A DNA stretch of 63,847 nt, filler included, from Reclinomonas americana ATCC 50394 (lineage: Eukaryota), in assembly GCA_048213135.1 (NCBI GenBank). It is 8 parts of 5 records of this genome, joined end to end, with 100 filler letters (N's around TTAATTAATTAA, not from the genome) between each part and the next. Parts side by side here need not be neighbours in the genome. Positions count along the whole stretch, not along the records: positions 12,366 to 31,514 come from PS015877.1; positions 31,615 to 40,668 come from PS015877.1; 6 more parts are not named here. The stretch is one strand, 5' to 3'. This document shows positions 26,753 through 39,460 of this stretch, in pieces (the stretch's first letter is position 1; each line of letters starts with the position of its first letter). The notes under the pieces are model-generated. The model was not told the DNA's origin, made no database searches, and saw only the letters and a program-made list of their open reading frames with translations. Position numbers and translations under genes: made by a program.

Positions 26753-29700
26753 TCACTGTCTCCATCTGTGGCGTCCGGCGGCGAGCCTATTCGGACTTGG
26801 TCCATTCGCTGCGTGTCCAGGACTGGCTGGCGGACCAGCAGCAGCAGTGGAGTTGGCAGTGGCGGTGGCGGTGGCGGTTCGCGCCGGTGTCCGTTGAGGC
26901 GACGACGACCGCAGTAGTTTCGATGAGCCGGGGCCAGTCGGCGACGGAACTGCTGCAGTGGTGCTGACCATCACGGCCGGGATGCGCACGCCGTTGGTTT
27001 TGACAGTGGACACAGGAGTAGTGGGACCGTTGCTGGCCAGCAGATCATTCCACCGTCGCCGATATGATGCCGCGCCTCTCTGCGGCACCTGTCGCTCATA
27101 GCCGACGGGCAGAACGACCTTGATGCCACTCGGCGAGTGCATGTCACCCGGTCGCGGACTCGGCGGTGGCAACGGCACGGGCGACGCCACGCCGGTTACA
27201 ATCGGCTTCACTGGGCTCGACTGCGCTGACCGCTGACGCACCGGTGCGGTTGGCCGCTCGTCCTGTGTAGCAGCAGCATCGCGCCAAACACGCTGCTTCG
27301 TAACCGCCACCGCCAGCGCCGAGGACGATGGGGCTGCTGCGACTGGTGGGTTCATGCCACCGGGTGGCACCGACAGCGACGAAGACGCCGACACCGGCAC
27401 AGTTGACGCGTGCATCGTCGGGGCACCGTTGACCGGCATGCGAACAGGCATCGGTGGCGGTGGCAACGCTTGAGCACTGCTGCTGCTGCTCCGAGGTGCT
27501 GTGGCGGAGAGCGAGCGCGGCGGCGGCATAACAGGCGCCGGCGACGGCGTGGGATGAGCGGGGACCATGAACGACGAGAGTGTCACACCCAGCGGCGACG
27601 ACGGTGCCGACGCAACGCCGTGCGCAGTCGGCAATTCACCATGCGAATTCGATCGCTGACGCCCGGCATAGGATGGTGAACTCGGGGCTGTGCGCGCACT
27701 AAGCGGCAGAGTGCCACCAGTGGGCGACGAGACATTCGTGTTGATTGTAATGGACGCTGCGCCGGGGTAGTGGTGGTGGTGGTGGTGGTACACGCGCGTC
27801 AGTGACAACAACAGCAACGACGACAGAGACAAACACACAAAAAAAGCACCATTGTCCTTGCTCCACTTGCGCCGCGCGGCGGCGAGGTTTGACGAACCCC
27901 ATCCAACAGCACCGCTACTGAATCCTCGCCCAATATGCGTTTGCACCACCGGCGATCGCGGACTCGGCTGCAGCGGAGGCGGCGTCGACACGTTGGTAGC
28001 CACGGGGGAGATTGGCGGTACCAGCGGGCGACTCCACCGTCTTCGTTGTGCGCTGGTCTGCTGTCTCTCACCACCAGAATCGACCGTCAGCGACTGCATA
28101 GGCGACGGTGGTGACAGTACTGGCGGGTGCGACTCGCGCTGGTGCCGCGGGGAGCGACCGACCGAAACCGCGATCGCACCAATGGCCACATCGGCCGCCA
28201 GTGGTTCACACTCGGGCGGAGGCGGGGTGTAGTTGCGACGTCGAGAGCGCGGAGACGGCGTGGCCTGCCGCGATGACGGCAGCGATGTGACCACGGGGAG
28301 GGCCAGAGAATCGGGCGGGTTGGCGTCCCACTTGCGCCGCGGTCGGCGAATGCGTTTGATCTGGCGGGAGGAGGAGGAGGAGGATGAGATTTGCAGAACG
28401 AGGCCAACGTGAAGACAGCAACAGACGTACCACTCGGCGCGGTGCGCTTTGCGACGCGGATGACGGCCCGACACTGCTCTCGTCCATGCCGTCCAGACTG
28501 TCGTCCTATTGTGCCACGAGGTCGTGAGGGATGAAACAGCGACTCGATGCGCAACAACAAGAGTACCTGAAACAGCAGTCGAGTGCCCATCAGTACAGCA
28601 TGTGCATTCTCGTCTAGCGGCGGCGTGCGGGGAAGTGGGCTTTCAGGGGGCGGCACCAGGGACGATGAAACTGTCAATGCGTGGTGCGTGAGTACACACA
28701 TGCAGTGAGAGCGCAAGTGCAGAGGGTGGGGGGCGGGAGAGCGCACCCGATCGATCAAGAGGACGGAAACGACTGGCGTTGGACGACCACAGCACACTCT
28801 GTCGTGAGACATCCAGCGTCGGCAAGTGCCCTTGTGGGGGCAACGGCAACGAAGACGGCAGCAGATTGGCAAAGCGCGAAGTGAAGGCCATGAGTGACCG
28901 GTTGCGAGAGAATGCTGCTGGCAAGGAACACCGTGAGGTGAAATTGTGTTTTGTGAGGTGCACACACAAATAGATGCACGCACGAGTCATCGCCTCGGCA
29001 CAGCGGGAGCTCGGCGGTGCTGAGCTGCTCTGCGCAGGCTGCTCGTCCTGTGCGCCTCCCATGGGTTCCAGCGAGCCGTCCACCGCCGGCGTGACGTCTG
29101 CGTCGTTCGTGGACCAGTTGGTGGCACCCACAGGCAGCTCCAACCGACTGAAATCCAGACGCAGCGGGGTGCGCAGCGCCGCCATGATATCCTCGCTGGA
29201 AAGCTGCCGCACAGGCAGAGGAAACGTACCACCCGCACCTCTCCGCGGCGTCTGCAGGAACTGTTGCGACGAAGGACCAGCATCAACAACAGCAACGGCA
29301 GCAGCGGCGGCGGTGGCGGTGGCGTTGGTGGCGACGGGAGCTGGCAGTGACGTTGCTTGTCCTGCCGGCAGTTGTGGGGCGGATTGACGGCGAGGTTTGT
29401 GGTGGTGATGGCGAGCGCCGGATACGTCGACCACGATGCCGACCCGCGAATCGTGCGTGTCGGCTTCGAGCGACGTAAAGTCAAAGGTGATGGTGGTCTC
29501 GTGTCGTGGCGACATGATGGAATGGACTGAGATGACAGATTCTTGCGGCGAGAACAATTCTTGAGGTGACGGCGCGGTTGGCGTCGACGATGCCGTGAGG
29601 CTATTTTCTACAAGGAGGCGATCAATGGCCTGCGAGAGAGCAACCGACCAGTGAGTATGATATGAGATGCTTCTCACAGCGTTGCATGTGCACGCAACGT

Positions 29701-32242
29701 CACTGACGGCAATCAGCGGACTGTGCATGTAGTGCTCTCCAGTCACTCCATACACCGGCCTTGCGGGGGCCGGTGGCGGAACGTGACTGGTGGTGAATGA
29801 GCGAATCAGCGGCGGAACCGCTGGTGCTGCCGCCGACGGTGGTGGTCGAGCAGTCGTCTGCAGTGCACTTGCCGACTGAGTGGCGACCAGTGGCGGCGGC
29901 GGCGGCTGCGGCGGCGGCGGTACCGCTTGCGCACTCGACTGCACATGGTGGGAGTGGAGTGAGCGACAGACACAATCACGATTTACGCGATGAAGACTAC
30001 GCACGTGATCAGACACTTGCGGCGGAGGCGGCGGTCGCGTCATGTAGTGCACCGACTCGTGCGCGGCCAGCGGTGGCGATAGTGTGGTACGCGGTGTGGT
30101 GTACCCTTGTTGTTGCTGCTGCTGCTGTGCCGCTGCCGCCATTTGCTCGAGGTACTCACGGACANNNNNNNNNNNNNNNNNNNNNNNNNNNNNNNNNNNN
30201 NNNNNNNNNNNNNNNNNNNNNNNNNNNNNNNNNNNNNNNNNNNNNNNNNNNNNNNNNNNNNNNNNNNNNNNNNNNNNNNNNNNNNNNNNNNNNNNNNNNN
30301 NNNNNNNNNNNNNNNNNNNNNNNNNNNNNNNNNNNNNNNNNNNNNNNNNNNNNNNNNNNNNNNNNNNNNNNNNNNNNNNNNNNNNNNNNNNNNNNNNNNN
30401 NNNNNNNNNNNNNNNNNNNNNNNNNNNNNNNNNNNNNNNNNNNNNNNNNNNNNNNNNNNNNNNNNNNNNNNNNNNNNNNNNNNNNNNNNNNNNNNNNNNN
30501 NNNNNNNNNNNNNNNNNNNNNNNNNNNNNNNNNNNNNNNNNNNNNNNNNNNNNNNNNNNNNNNNNNNNNNNNNNNNNNNNNNNNNNNNNNNNNNNNNNNN
30601 NNNNNNNNNNNNNNNNNNNNNNNNNNNNNNNNNNNNNNNNNNNNNNNNNNNNNNNNNNNNNNNNNNNNNNNNNNNNNNNNNNNNNNNNNNNNNNNNNNNN
30701 NNNNNNNNNNNNNNNNNNNNNNNNNNNNNNNNNNNNNNNNNNNNNNNNNNNNNNNNNNNNNNNNNNNNNNNNNNNNNNNNNNNNNNNNNNNNNNNNNNNN
30801 NNNNNNNNNNNNNNNNNNNNNNNNNNNNNNNNNNNNNNNNNCCGGCACTGTCCTCGATACTGCTGTGTCTCCGCGCAAGCCTGCAGGTCCCCCCGAAATG
30901 CTTTGAGTACAGGCGGCAGCAGCCACATGCACCAACACACACAAAAAACGCATACCGCTGCGCGCGAGTGCTGGCTCGCCCCTCGGTCGTCGACGGTGCC
31001 CCAGAGGCCGTCACTTCTGAATCGGGGGTGACCACCAACTGCAGCCGGCGGGCAGAGGCGCGGCGGATGAAGGGGCTGATGAGATCGACGGCGGCCAACT
31101 CAATGTCTTGTTCCTCCTGCCGACAGCAAACAGTTCGTTGTTGTTAACATTGCCGGGAGATACAAGGCGTCCTAGACGCACGCACCTGCTTCGCAGCACC
31201 CACAGGCAACCGACTGAACGAGGTATCCTGTGGCGCGAGACTGCGCGCACGCTCCCGCCGGTACTTCAACAGACTGTGATAGACGGCCTCGGGAGTTGGA
31301 AAGTCGAGTCGAGAAGACGCCGAAGGCGGCAACGGTGGCGACATGCGCTTCCCAAGCTGCGCCGCCGACGCCGCCGTCGCCGCGGCAGTGCCCATAGAAG
31401 CCGCCGCCTGCCGCCGACGCTGCCCCGGATGCTGCTGACTGCGACTGCGATGATGGTAGCGATAGAGGCCAGACGTGGGACTCGGTTGCGGCGACGGCTG
31501 GCGACTGCACGGTGNNNNNNNNNNNNNNNNNNNNNNNNNNNNNNNNNNNNNNNNNNNNTTAATTAATTAANNNNNNNNNNNNNNNNNNNNNNNNNNNNNN
31601 NNNNNNNNNNNNNNCAACTCTCAATTGAGCCAGCGAGCGACGACGACGATGATGACAGCAACGCCCCAGCTGCGTACCTCTTTGGCGACATGCCATACGC
31701 CGCACCCGCCGAGAGCGGACTCAGCGTGGACGGGATCGGCGACGCAGTGCCACTGCGCAGCTCGGGCGAGGCGGGCATGGAACGCTGCGCCCTTCTCAGC
31801 ACCTCGTCGGTAAACGTCGCCGACAAGCCGCCACTGCGGTAATGCATCGCCACGTCAATGTCCTCCAGCGCCAGTTCGTCCACGTCAAGCACTCTCTCTT
31901 CTGCCTCCTCATCGTCGTCTTCATCGTCGTCGTCTATAAGGAACGACTCCTCAAAATCGTCTTCAGCATCCCAATGCGGGTTGATCGACGACGCTGTGCG
32001 GCCAATGAGTGTGGACAGGGCGGCGTCGGTGTCGTCCTCGCATCGAGGGCGCGGCCGCGAAAACAAATTCACATGAGCTGCGCACACACACACACAAACA
32101 GCGAGTCATGAGAGTGTGAGTGGATATTCATCATGACGCACACACACACGCACGCACCGTGAAGCACAGCAGGTGCAACTGGTGGTGGTGGTGGAGGTGA
32201 TGGTGGTCCTCTGCCACTGTCGCGGTGGCAGCAGGCGCCCAT
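26753..32242 (-). CDS. Large intrinsically disordered protein(s) with an MGACC N-terminus (putative myristoylation/palmitoylation); may be two genes
   Basis: ATG at 32242 (MGACCHRDSG..LH|AHVNLF splices in frame); long Ser/Pro-rich ORFs 28643-30163 and 26753-28474 with many GT-AG introns; interrupted by two gaps. Confidence 0.5.
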
Positions 32243-32791
32243 TGAAGTTTTTTCGCGCCACCTGCGATCCACCGTCCGCCCGATCGATCGACGACAATAT
32301 CCAAACTAAACTAAACTAACTGCGTGCGGACGGAGAGATGCCGTGCTCGATACGTGATGGGATGGCGAATGGTGAAGATAACGCATGCGGAGATCGAGGC
32401 TGGGCGACAACGAAAGCACAAATTGCAATTCGAATTCGAATTCGCGATCGCCAAATTTAAAGCCGCAGCTTCCGCCCTGCAACTCGGCATTGCGACTCGG
32501 CTTGGCATGTGCAATCACCGTCTGCCATACACTTCGGAACTCGAATTGCTTCCTGCTTGCATGCATGCGCAGTCTGCGCATGCGCAACCCGGCGTCGGAA
32601 TTGTCACAGCTGTCAGAAGGCGGATCGCGGCGACACCACCGGCCGCCGGAATGACAACAACAGCCCGCGCGCGCGCGCACACGACAGCCGTGTAACACGC
32701 GATGTAAATCCACCGCCACGACAATCTCCGCAATTTCGTCCGGAAGTGCCGGGTTTTTTTGAGGGTTTGTGAGAGAGAAGACAAGCGCAAA

Positions 32792-35427
32792 ATGGAGTTG
32801 GACGAGCGCATGCGTCGACGCGTGGCAGTGACTGCCGCTCACGTCTCTGGCACGGGTGGCCTACGCACCGCACCTCGTTGCGTCTCTCTGTGCCCCTCTT
32901 CGTGCGTGCGTATGTGTGAGCATTGTTATGTGCGGCAGTTGACTGGTGCACCACAGAGGAGGAGGAGGAGTTGTCGTGCGGTGGCGAGTCATCGCGGGCG
33001 GTCGTCGCGGAGGAAGTGTGTGGCATTATGGCGTACATTGGCCCCGACCCCGCCGTGCCGTACCTCGAAGCCGGCCTCACGATTCTGCAGAATCGGTGCG
33101 CAACACCAACCGCGTGCCGTGTTCCCTCTTCTTCATTGTAGTATATCTGACAAGTGCGTGGCAGAGGGTATGACTCGGCCGGGTTTGCGACAATGACATC
33201 GACGGGTCAGTTGGTGGTCACCAAGTACGCCAGCGCCGACAAGAGCAACGACGCGCTGTCGCGTCTGATGCGCGATGTGAAGCCGCACAATGGCAACACG
33301 ATTGGAATCGCGCATACGCGATGGGCGACGCACGGTGGCAAGACCGATCGCAACGCGCATCCGCACTGTGACTACAAGAACCGCGTGGCGATTGTGCACA
33401 ATGGCATCATTCACAACTACGCCACGCTCAAGCAGCGCCTCAAGGAGGAACGCAACATTGATTGCATCTCCGAGACCGATACGGAGGTCGTCGCGCAGTG
33501 GATTGGTGCGCGTCACTCACTGACTCTGCATCGCTTCTTCAGCTCATTGCTCACGCTTGCTTGACTAGGTGCGCATCTCGACGACGGAATGACGGTGATT
33601 GAGGCGGTGCGTGCGACCGAGGCGCTGCTGGAGGGCACGTGGGGCATTGTGGTGCTGTACGACTCGACACCGCGGCAGCTGATCGCGATGAAGCGTGGAT
33701 CGCCGCTGCTGGTGGGTCTGGGCGATGGCTTTAGGTTTATCGCCAGCGAGGCAGCGGCGTTTGCGCGCTTCACCAAGAGCTACATGGAGTTGAGCGAGGG
33801 TGAGATTTACGTCGTCGACCTGGACACCAGTATGGTCGACGTGCGCCGTGTCAAGATCACCACGGCGGCGGCCCCGAAGCTGACGCCAGCGCCGTACGAT
33901 CACTTTATGCTCAAGGGTTTGTGCGGAGCGAGAGAGAGAGAGAGAAGTAGGAGACTGGCGTGTGTTGCTCATTCTTCCTTGACGTGCTGCAGAGATCATG
34001 GAGCAGCCGCAGAGTCTGTATCGCGCCATCAATCGCGGTGGCCGCTTCCGCGACACACAGTCGGTCAAACTGGGTGGTCTGGACGGCAATCGTGATGTGC
34101 TGCTGTCGATTCGTCACCTGATTGTTACGGGTTGCGGAACGGTGAGTGTCGTCGTGTCGGGGTATTTTCTCTGCTGGCCTGCAGTGCGACTCACATACGT
34201 GAGGCTGTGCAGTCGCTGTATGCGTCGATGTATGGAGCACGTCTCATTCGATCGTTCCGCTGCTTCGACACGGTGACGGCCATTGATGCGTCGGAGATCA
34301 ACGAAGACTACCTGCCGCACCACCATGGTGGCGTGCTGGTGGTCTCACAAAGCGGTGAAACCAAGGACGTGGAGGAGTTGCGTGGTGGTCTTGGCGATGT
34401 AGGTGGTGATGGCAAAGAAGGGGGGCGCTGACGGTGGCCGGTGGTGCTACAGCGTGGTCAAGCTGGCCAACAGGAACAATGTGCCCGTATTTTCCGTGGT
34501 GAACACTGTCGATTCCAACATTGCTCGCCTCACCAAAATCGGTGGGTTGCAATCTCTGTGGCACGAGACGTTTCTCCGTTCCCTTGACACTCATCCACTC
34601 ACACAACAGGCGTGTATTTGAATGCGGGACGCGAGACGGCCGTGGCGTCGACCAAGGCCTTCACTTCACAAGTGGTGGTGTTGGGTCTGGTGGCGCTGTG
34701 GTTTGCACAGAACCGCAACGCCGTGGAGACCTCGGTGAAGCGGTGCGCACCGTACCTGCACCTACATACCTATTTTTCTTCCCACCCACCCACTGACCGA
34801 TTTCTGTCGACAGCGAGAAAATGGTGTCGGCCTTGCAACGAATCGGACCGCTGGCCGGCACAGTGTTGAACCTGCGTGAGAAGATGCACGAGGTCGCCAC
34901 GTCCATGGTGCACGCCACCAGTCTCTTTGTGCTTGGCAAGGGTCTGGGCGAGTCCGTGGCCTTTGAGGGCGCTCTCAAGATCAAGGAGGTCACCGAGATT
35001 CATGCAGTTGCGCACGACGTCTACGGCAGTCTTCTCGCTGTTTTTCCACCGCTCTCTGACATGGTACGCACACACACACGCACAGGAGGGATTCCCCGGC
35101 GGTGCGCTGAAGCACGGTCCGTTTGCACTGATCGACAACGGCACACCCATCATTCTGCTGGTGCTCGACGACGAGTATTCGAGTCTGATGCTTGTGGCCG
35201 CTCGCGAAGTCAAGGCCCGCCACGCCCGCACCGTGGTCATCACGAACAAGGCCTCGCTGATCTCCGCAGCCGACGCCGACGACGTTGTCGTCATTCCCTC
35301 TGCCGATCACATGACCGCCCTGCTGGCCGTCATCCCGCTGCAGCTGCTGGCCTACGAGCTGGCCGTGCTGCGGCAAAAGAACCCCGACAACCCACGCAAC
35401 CTGGCCAAGGTTGTCACCGTGCATTAA
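32792..35427 (+). CDS. glmS: Glutamine-fructose-6-phosphate amidotransferase (GFAT/glmS), 9 introns, with a 49-aa N-terminal leader
   Basis: [106 protein letters not shown]. Confidence 0.97.
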
Positions 35428-35813
35428 TCAAATACGAGCACTGGCGAGCCGGGGAAGGAGCGCTCGCCCGTTTGCCCTTTTTTAAACCTCACAATGAACG
35501 ACTACGACGGACGTTCTGAGTTGTCTTGTGTCCTGCCAGCCTCCCGCGCTTTTTTCCGATCACCCCAGTTTGCCTTATGTTGGCGCCGCCCAAGGTCTCC
35601 CTCTCTCTCGCCTCACTTGACACGCACACCACCTGACGCCCATGCTCCTCACGCACAGGTGCCACAGGGCAGTGCCTCACCACTCACACCACCGCCCCCA
35701 GCACACCCGCCACCATTTCGCGCCTTTCTCGCCTCCCCTCCTCCTCCTCCTCCTCCGCACATTCTCTCGCCAAGGTGGCGCAGTGGAGCAGTCACAGATG
35801 CGCTCTCCCCTGT

Positions 35814-38257
35814 AATGTACATCAGCAGCGGTCAGTTGGCACAACATCGACAACCAGCAACACCACCACCACCACTGCAGCTGTTGACACCGCCATTCGG
35901 TCCATTGGAGTCTCGTGCCTCTCCTCGAATGCGCATGCGAGCGGCCGCTGCTCGCTCCTCACAGGCCTCATCACTGTCCGCGCTGTCGCAGTCGTCGCCA
36001 TCGGCATCTGCGCCTCCTGCACTGACGAGTTACAGTTGTCTTGTCTCCTCTGCTCTCTTTGTAAAGGTTCTTGTCTCTGATTGTTGTTGTTGTTGTTGTG
36101 TGTGTGTGTGTGTGGTGCAGATGGTGATCGCATCCAGCGGTTGCACTCGATTCTGGATCATGGTGCGCGTCGTGGTGTTGCAGGGGACAGCGAGGGCGCA
36201 GCAGAGGAGGCGACAGCGGTCGAAGAGGACGAGGAGGTGATTGTGTTGAGCGGAGGAGTGGAGGTGCGATCGAGAGTGTCGGCGGCGCCGCTGATGCGGC
36301 CGGTTCCGCGGCGTGCGGCTGAGGCGCCGACACCGCCGATTACTGTGTCGCCGAGGGGACGGGTGCGGGTCGAGAACCTCTTCTCTCCTGTCCACGTTGC
36401 GCCACCTCCACCTCCACCTCCTCCTCCTCCTCCACCTCCACCGCCGCCTCCACCGCCGCCTCCACCGCCTTCCTTGCCAGCGGCAACGACACCGACAAAG
36501 AAGCCGGCTGACGACTTTGTGTTTGCGGTGCCAGTTGCGTGTGGCGATGCGCTGGTGAGCTCCCAGTGTAGGTCAATTGTAAACTGTTTTTGTGTGTGCA
36601 GGTGGGTCGACCGAAGCGGCCGCCATCTGCCAGCGCGCCGAAGAAGCTCACGTTTCCCACGTCGCCGTCTTCTGCCTCGTCGACATCCACCACCACCACC
36701 GCATTGTCGTCTCGGTAAGTCTTGTGTAAAAATCGTCATGGTTCGGAAAAATGTGTAGGTTTACAAAACAACGACAGGAGTTCCGCGGTCCACGCCAATC
36801 GCATTCCCTCCAACAAGGTGCGACCCGTGGCCGGTGGAAGACCTTCGGTACCGTCGTCAACAACAACGACGACGACGACAACAACGACGACAACAACAGC
36901 ACCTCCGACCATTAATGTTTTTCGCAAGTGGCCGCCCACTGCTGGAGTGCCGACGCGCGACAGCGCACAGCAGCAGCAGCAGCAGCATCGTTCGGCGCAG
37001 GAGGTGTGGTTTTCACAGAGCATGCAGTCGCTTCTCTTGCTTGTTTCTCATTCTTTGTGTGCGCAGTCACGCGGGGTAGCCGCCTTGTTGGCAATTAATC
37101 GACGGCGACCACGGCCGCAGGAGATGGTGGGTCAAGTCAGCGTGTATGCTCCCGGTCCCGCGGCACCTGAGCTGCCACCGTGTCCCGCGATAGTGGAACG
37201 TGATGACGCGGTGCGCTATTGTCTGTCTCTTGAGTGGTGACGATTTTTCTGACCAGTATCCGCAGTTGTCATCTCCTCCCGTGTCTCGCCCATCGTCGCC
37301 CGTTGACCTGGTTCGCGCTCTATTTCATGGTCGCGCTGGCACCTTTTTCTCTGCTGCTCATTGTCGCTCCTCTCTTCTTGCAGGACGATGGATCACCGTG
37401 TCTGAGCAATCCTCTCCCTCTGTTGGACTCGGACGCTGCTGACGAAGTGCGTCATCCTCCACCCCGATGAGGCGCTGTCGTCGTGGCTGTGGATCTCACG
37501 CGTGTGCATTCGCAGCTGCTTCTCTCGGACGATGCTCCGGTCGCCATGTCACCGCCTTCGTCGCCAGTGCATCCGTGCTGGAGCGACATTGACGACGCAG
37601 CGGAGAGCGACATAACCGTGCCACCACTACCCCCACTGGAGCACGTTTCATCGCCGCCCGTGGGCGCGTCACCGCCTCCAGCCAGCATGTCACCGGTGCT
37701 GTCGCCGGTGTACAACAGCTGGGCGGACGGTCTGCTGGACGACGTTTTTTCGCCACCTTCTTCGCCACTTGCTGTAGCGCAGGTTTCGTGTTGTTCTGTT
37801 TCCTGCTGCATTCGTTCGTTTCTCTTCTCACCAACTTGATCCGCGTAGATGAGTGACGTGGACGATGACTCTGATTGCCTGTCACCTCCGCCATCGCCAC
37901 TTCATGCTCGCGCAGTGGTGCGTGTGTGTGTGCTCCCAGCTTCACTCACTCTTCTTCTCACCGCCGTCAGCAGCAGCAGCCACTCGACGGTTGCGGCAAG
38001 CGTGCCGCCGATGGTGAGCTCTCTCCCCTTTGCGGCCGCGCAGAACGCTGGCTTTTGATCTCACCCACTTCCTTTCTGCAGATTTGATTTATGGCACTCC
38101 GTCGCCACCCCGCAAGCGAATGCGCGGCGCCGTCGACCCGAGTTGGTGGTTCGCGACCAGCGACACACCCGTGCAGTGGCCGTCACGTTTCGGGCGTCCA
38201 CGATTGTGTCGGCCACTGCGCCAAGTCTTATCCGCCTGGCTCACTCCGCCGCAATAA
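35814..38257 (+). CDS. Uncharacterised Pro/Ser-rich spliced protein
   Basis: Series of low-complexity exons with poly-Pro (36402-36470) joined by plausible GT-AG introns; ends in RPLRQVLSAWLTPPQ*; start uncertain. Confidence 0.5.
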
Positions 38258-38327
38258 TCCAATCCTCCTCTCTCCTCTCACAAGTAATACATAAATGCAT
38301 GTTGCAGTTCGTGGCATACAGCGGCAT

Positions 38328-39363
38328 TCACTCCGCCGGTGGCGTACTCTCCTTCAGATCGGTGACAAACATGTGACCCGGCGCATGCGTGATGCATAGA
38401 GGCGGCTTGGCGGAAATCGCTGCCGTGATGGCAGTGACACCGCACGCCCAAAACACCGGTACCTCGCCCTCCTTGATGGTCACGGCATCGCCGAAATCCG
38501 GCTGCGACAAATCCGCAATGCCAATGTCCTCGGGCGACCCAATGTGCACCGGTGCACCGTGACAATCGACGAAGCGCGACGTGATCTGCACCGCCTTTTC
38601 CACCAGTTCCGCGGGAATCGGTCGCATCTGCAAGTCGTTGAGAGAGAGAGAGAGATAGAGACACAGTCCATCAGTGGACGGAGCCACTCACCGACACCAC
38701 CATCTTGGTGGAAAAGGGTCCGGCCGATGTACAGTCCATATTGGTGCGATACATCGACACATTGCGTCGCTCCTCAATGTTCCGCACCGGCACGCCGGCC
38801 TCCATCAGTGCCAGCTCAAACGAGAAGGAGCAGCCGAGCAGAAACGCCACCATATCATCGGCGTACACATCGGTGACACTTGTCGGCTGCACATGCAAGT
38901 GAGAAGATGATGGCGAAGAGGTACAGAGAGACAAAGGGTGTGAGTGAGAGACCTCAGACTCGAGCTGCCCATCGCGGTACACCCGATAGCGCGGAATGTC
39001 GGTGCGCACCGACGCACCATCGCTCGCCGTCTGCGTCACCTCACCAGCTGCCCACGAAATGAGGCACAAGAGACTGTGAGAGAGAGAGAGAGATGCATAA
39101 CAAACCATGTCGACTGATCTCCAACAACGGACACGGCTGCGGATTGCGTCGACAGAACAAGGCAAAGTCGTCGGCGAGCTCCGCAGGCAGAATCACCACA
39201 CTGCACACACACAGACAAAGATCAGTCTCTCTCTTGACACTTTCTCTCACTTCTCCGCTCACTTTGCCTGCTTGTAGCCGCAGCACACGCCGCTGGTGGG
39301 CTTCCCATCCCACACGCCATCGCGCACCGCTTGACGGAACTCACGCCCGCTCACACTCTCCAT
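38328..39363 (-). CDS. D-glutamate cyclase / DUF1445 (UPF0317, YcsI-like) family protein, 4 introns
   Basis: [104 protein letters not shown]. Confidence 0.93.
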
Positions 39364-39460
39364 CACGATGCAGGTTACCGAGAGGCCTCTGGTTACCGCC
39401 TGGGAAATTGCATCGTAGAACGGCCTTTTGTGTGTGTGTGTGTGTGTGCAAAGAAAGAAG

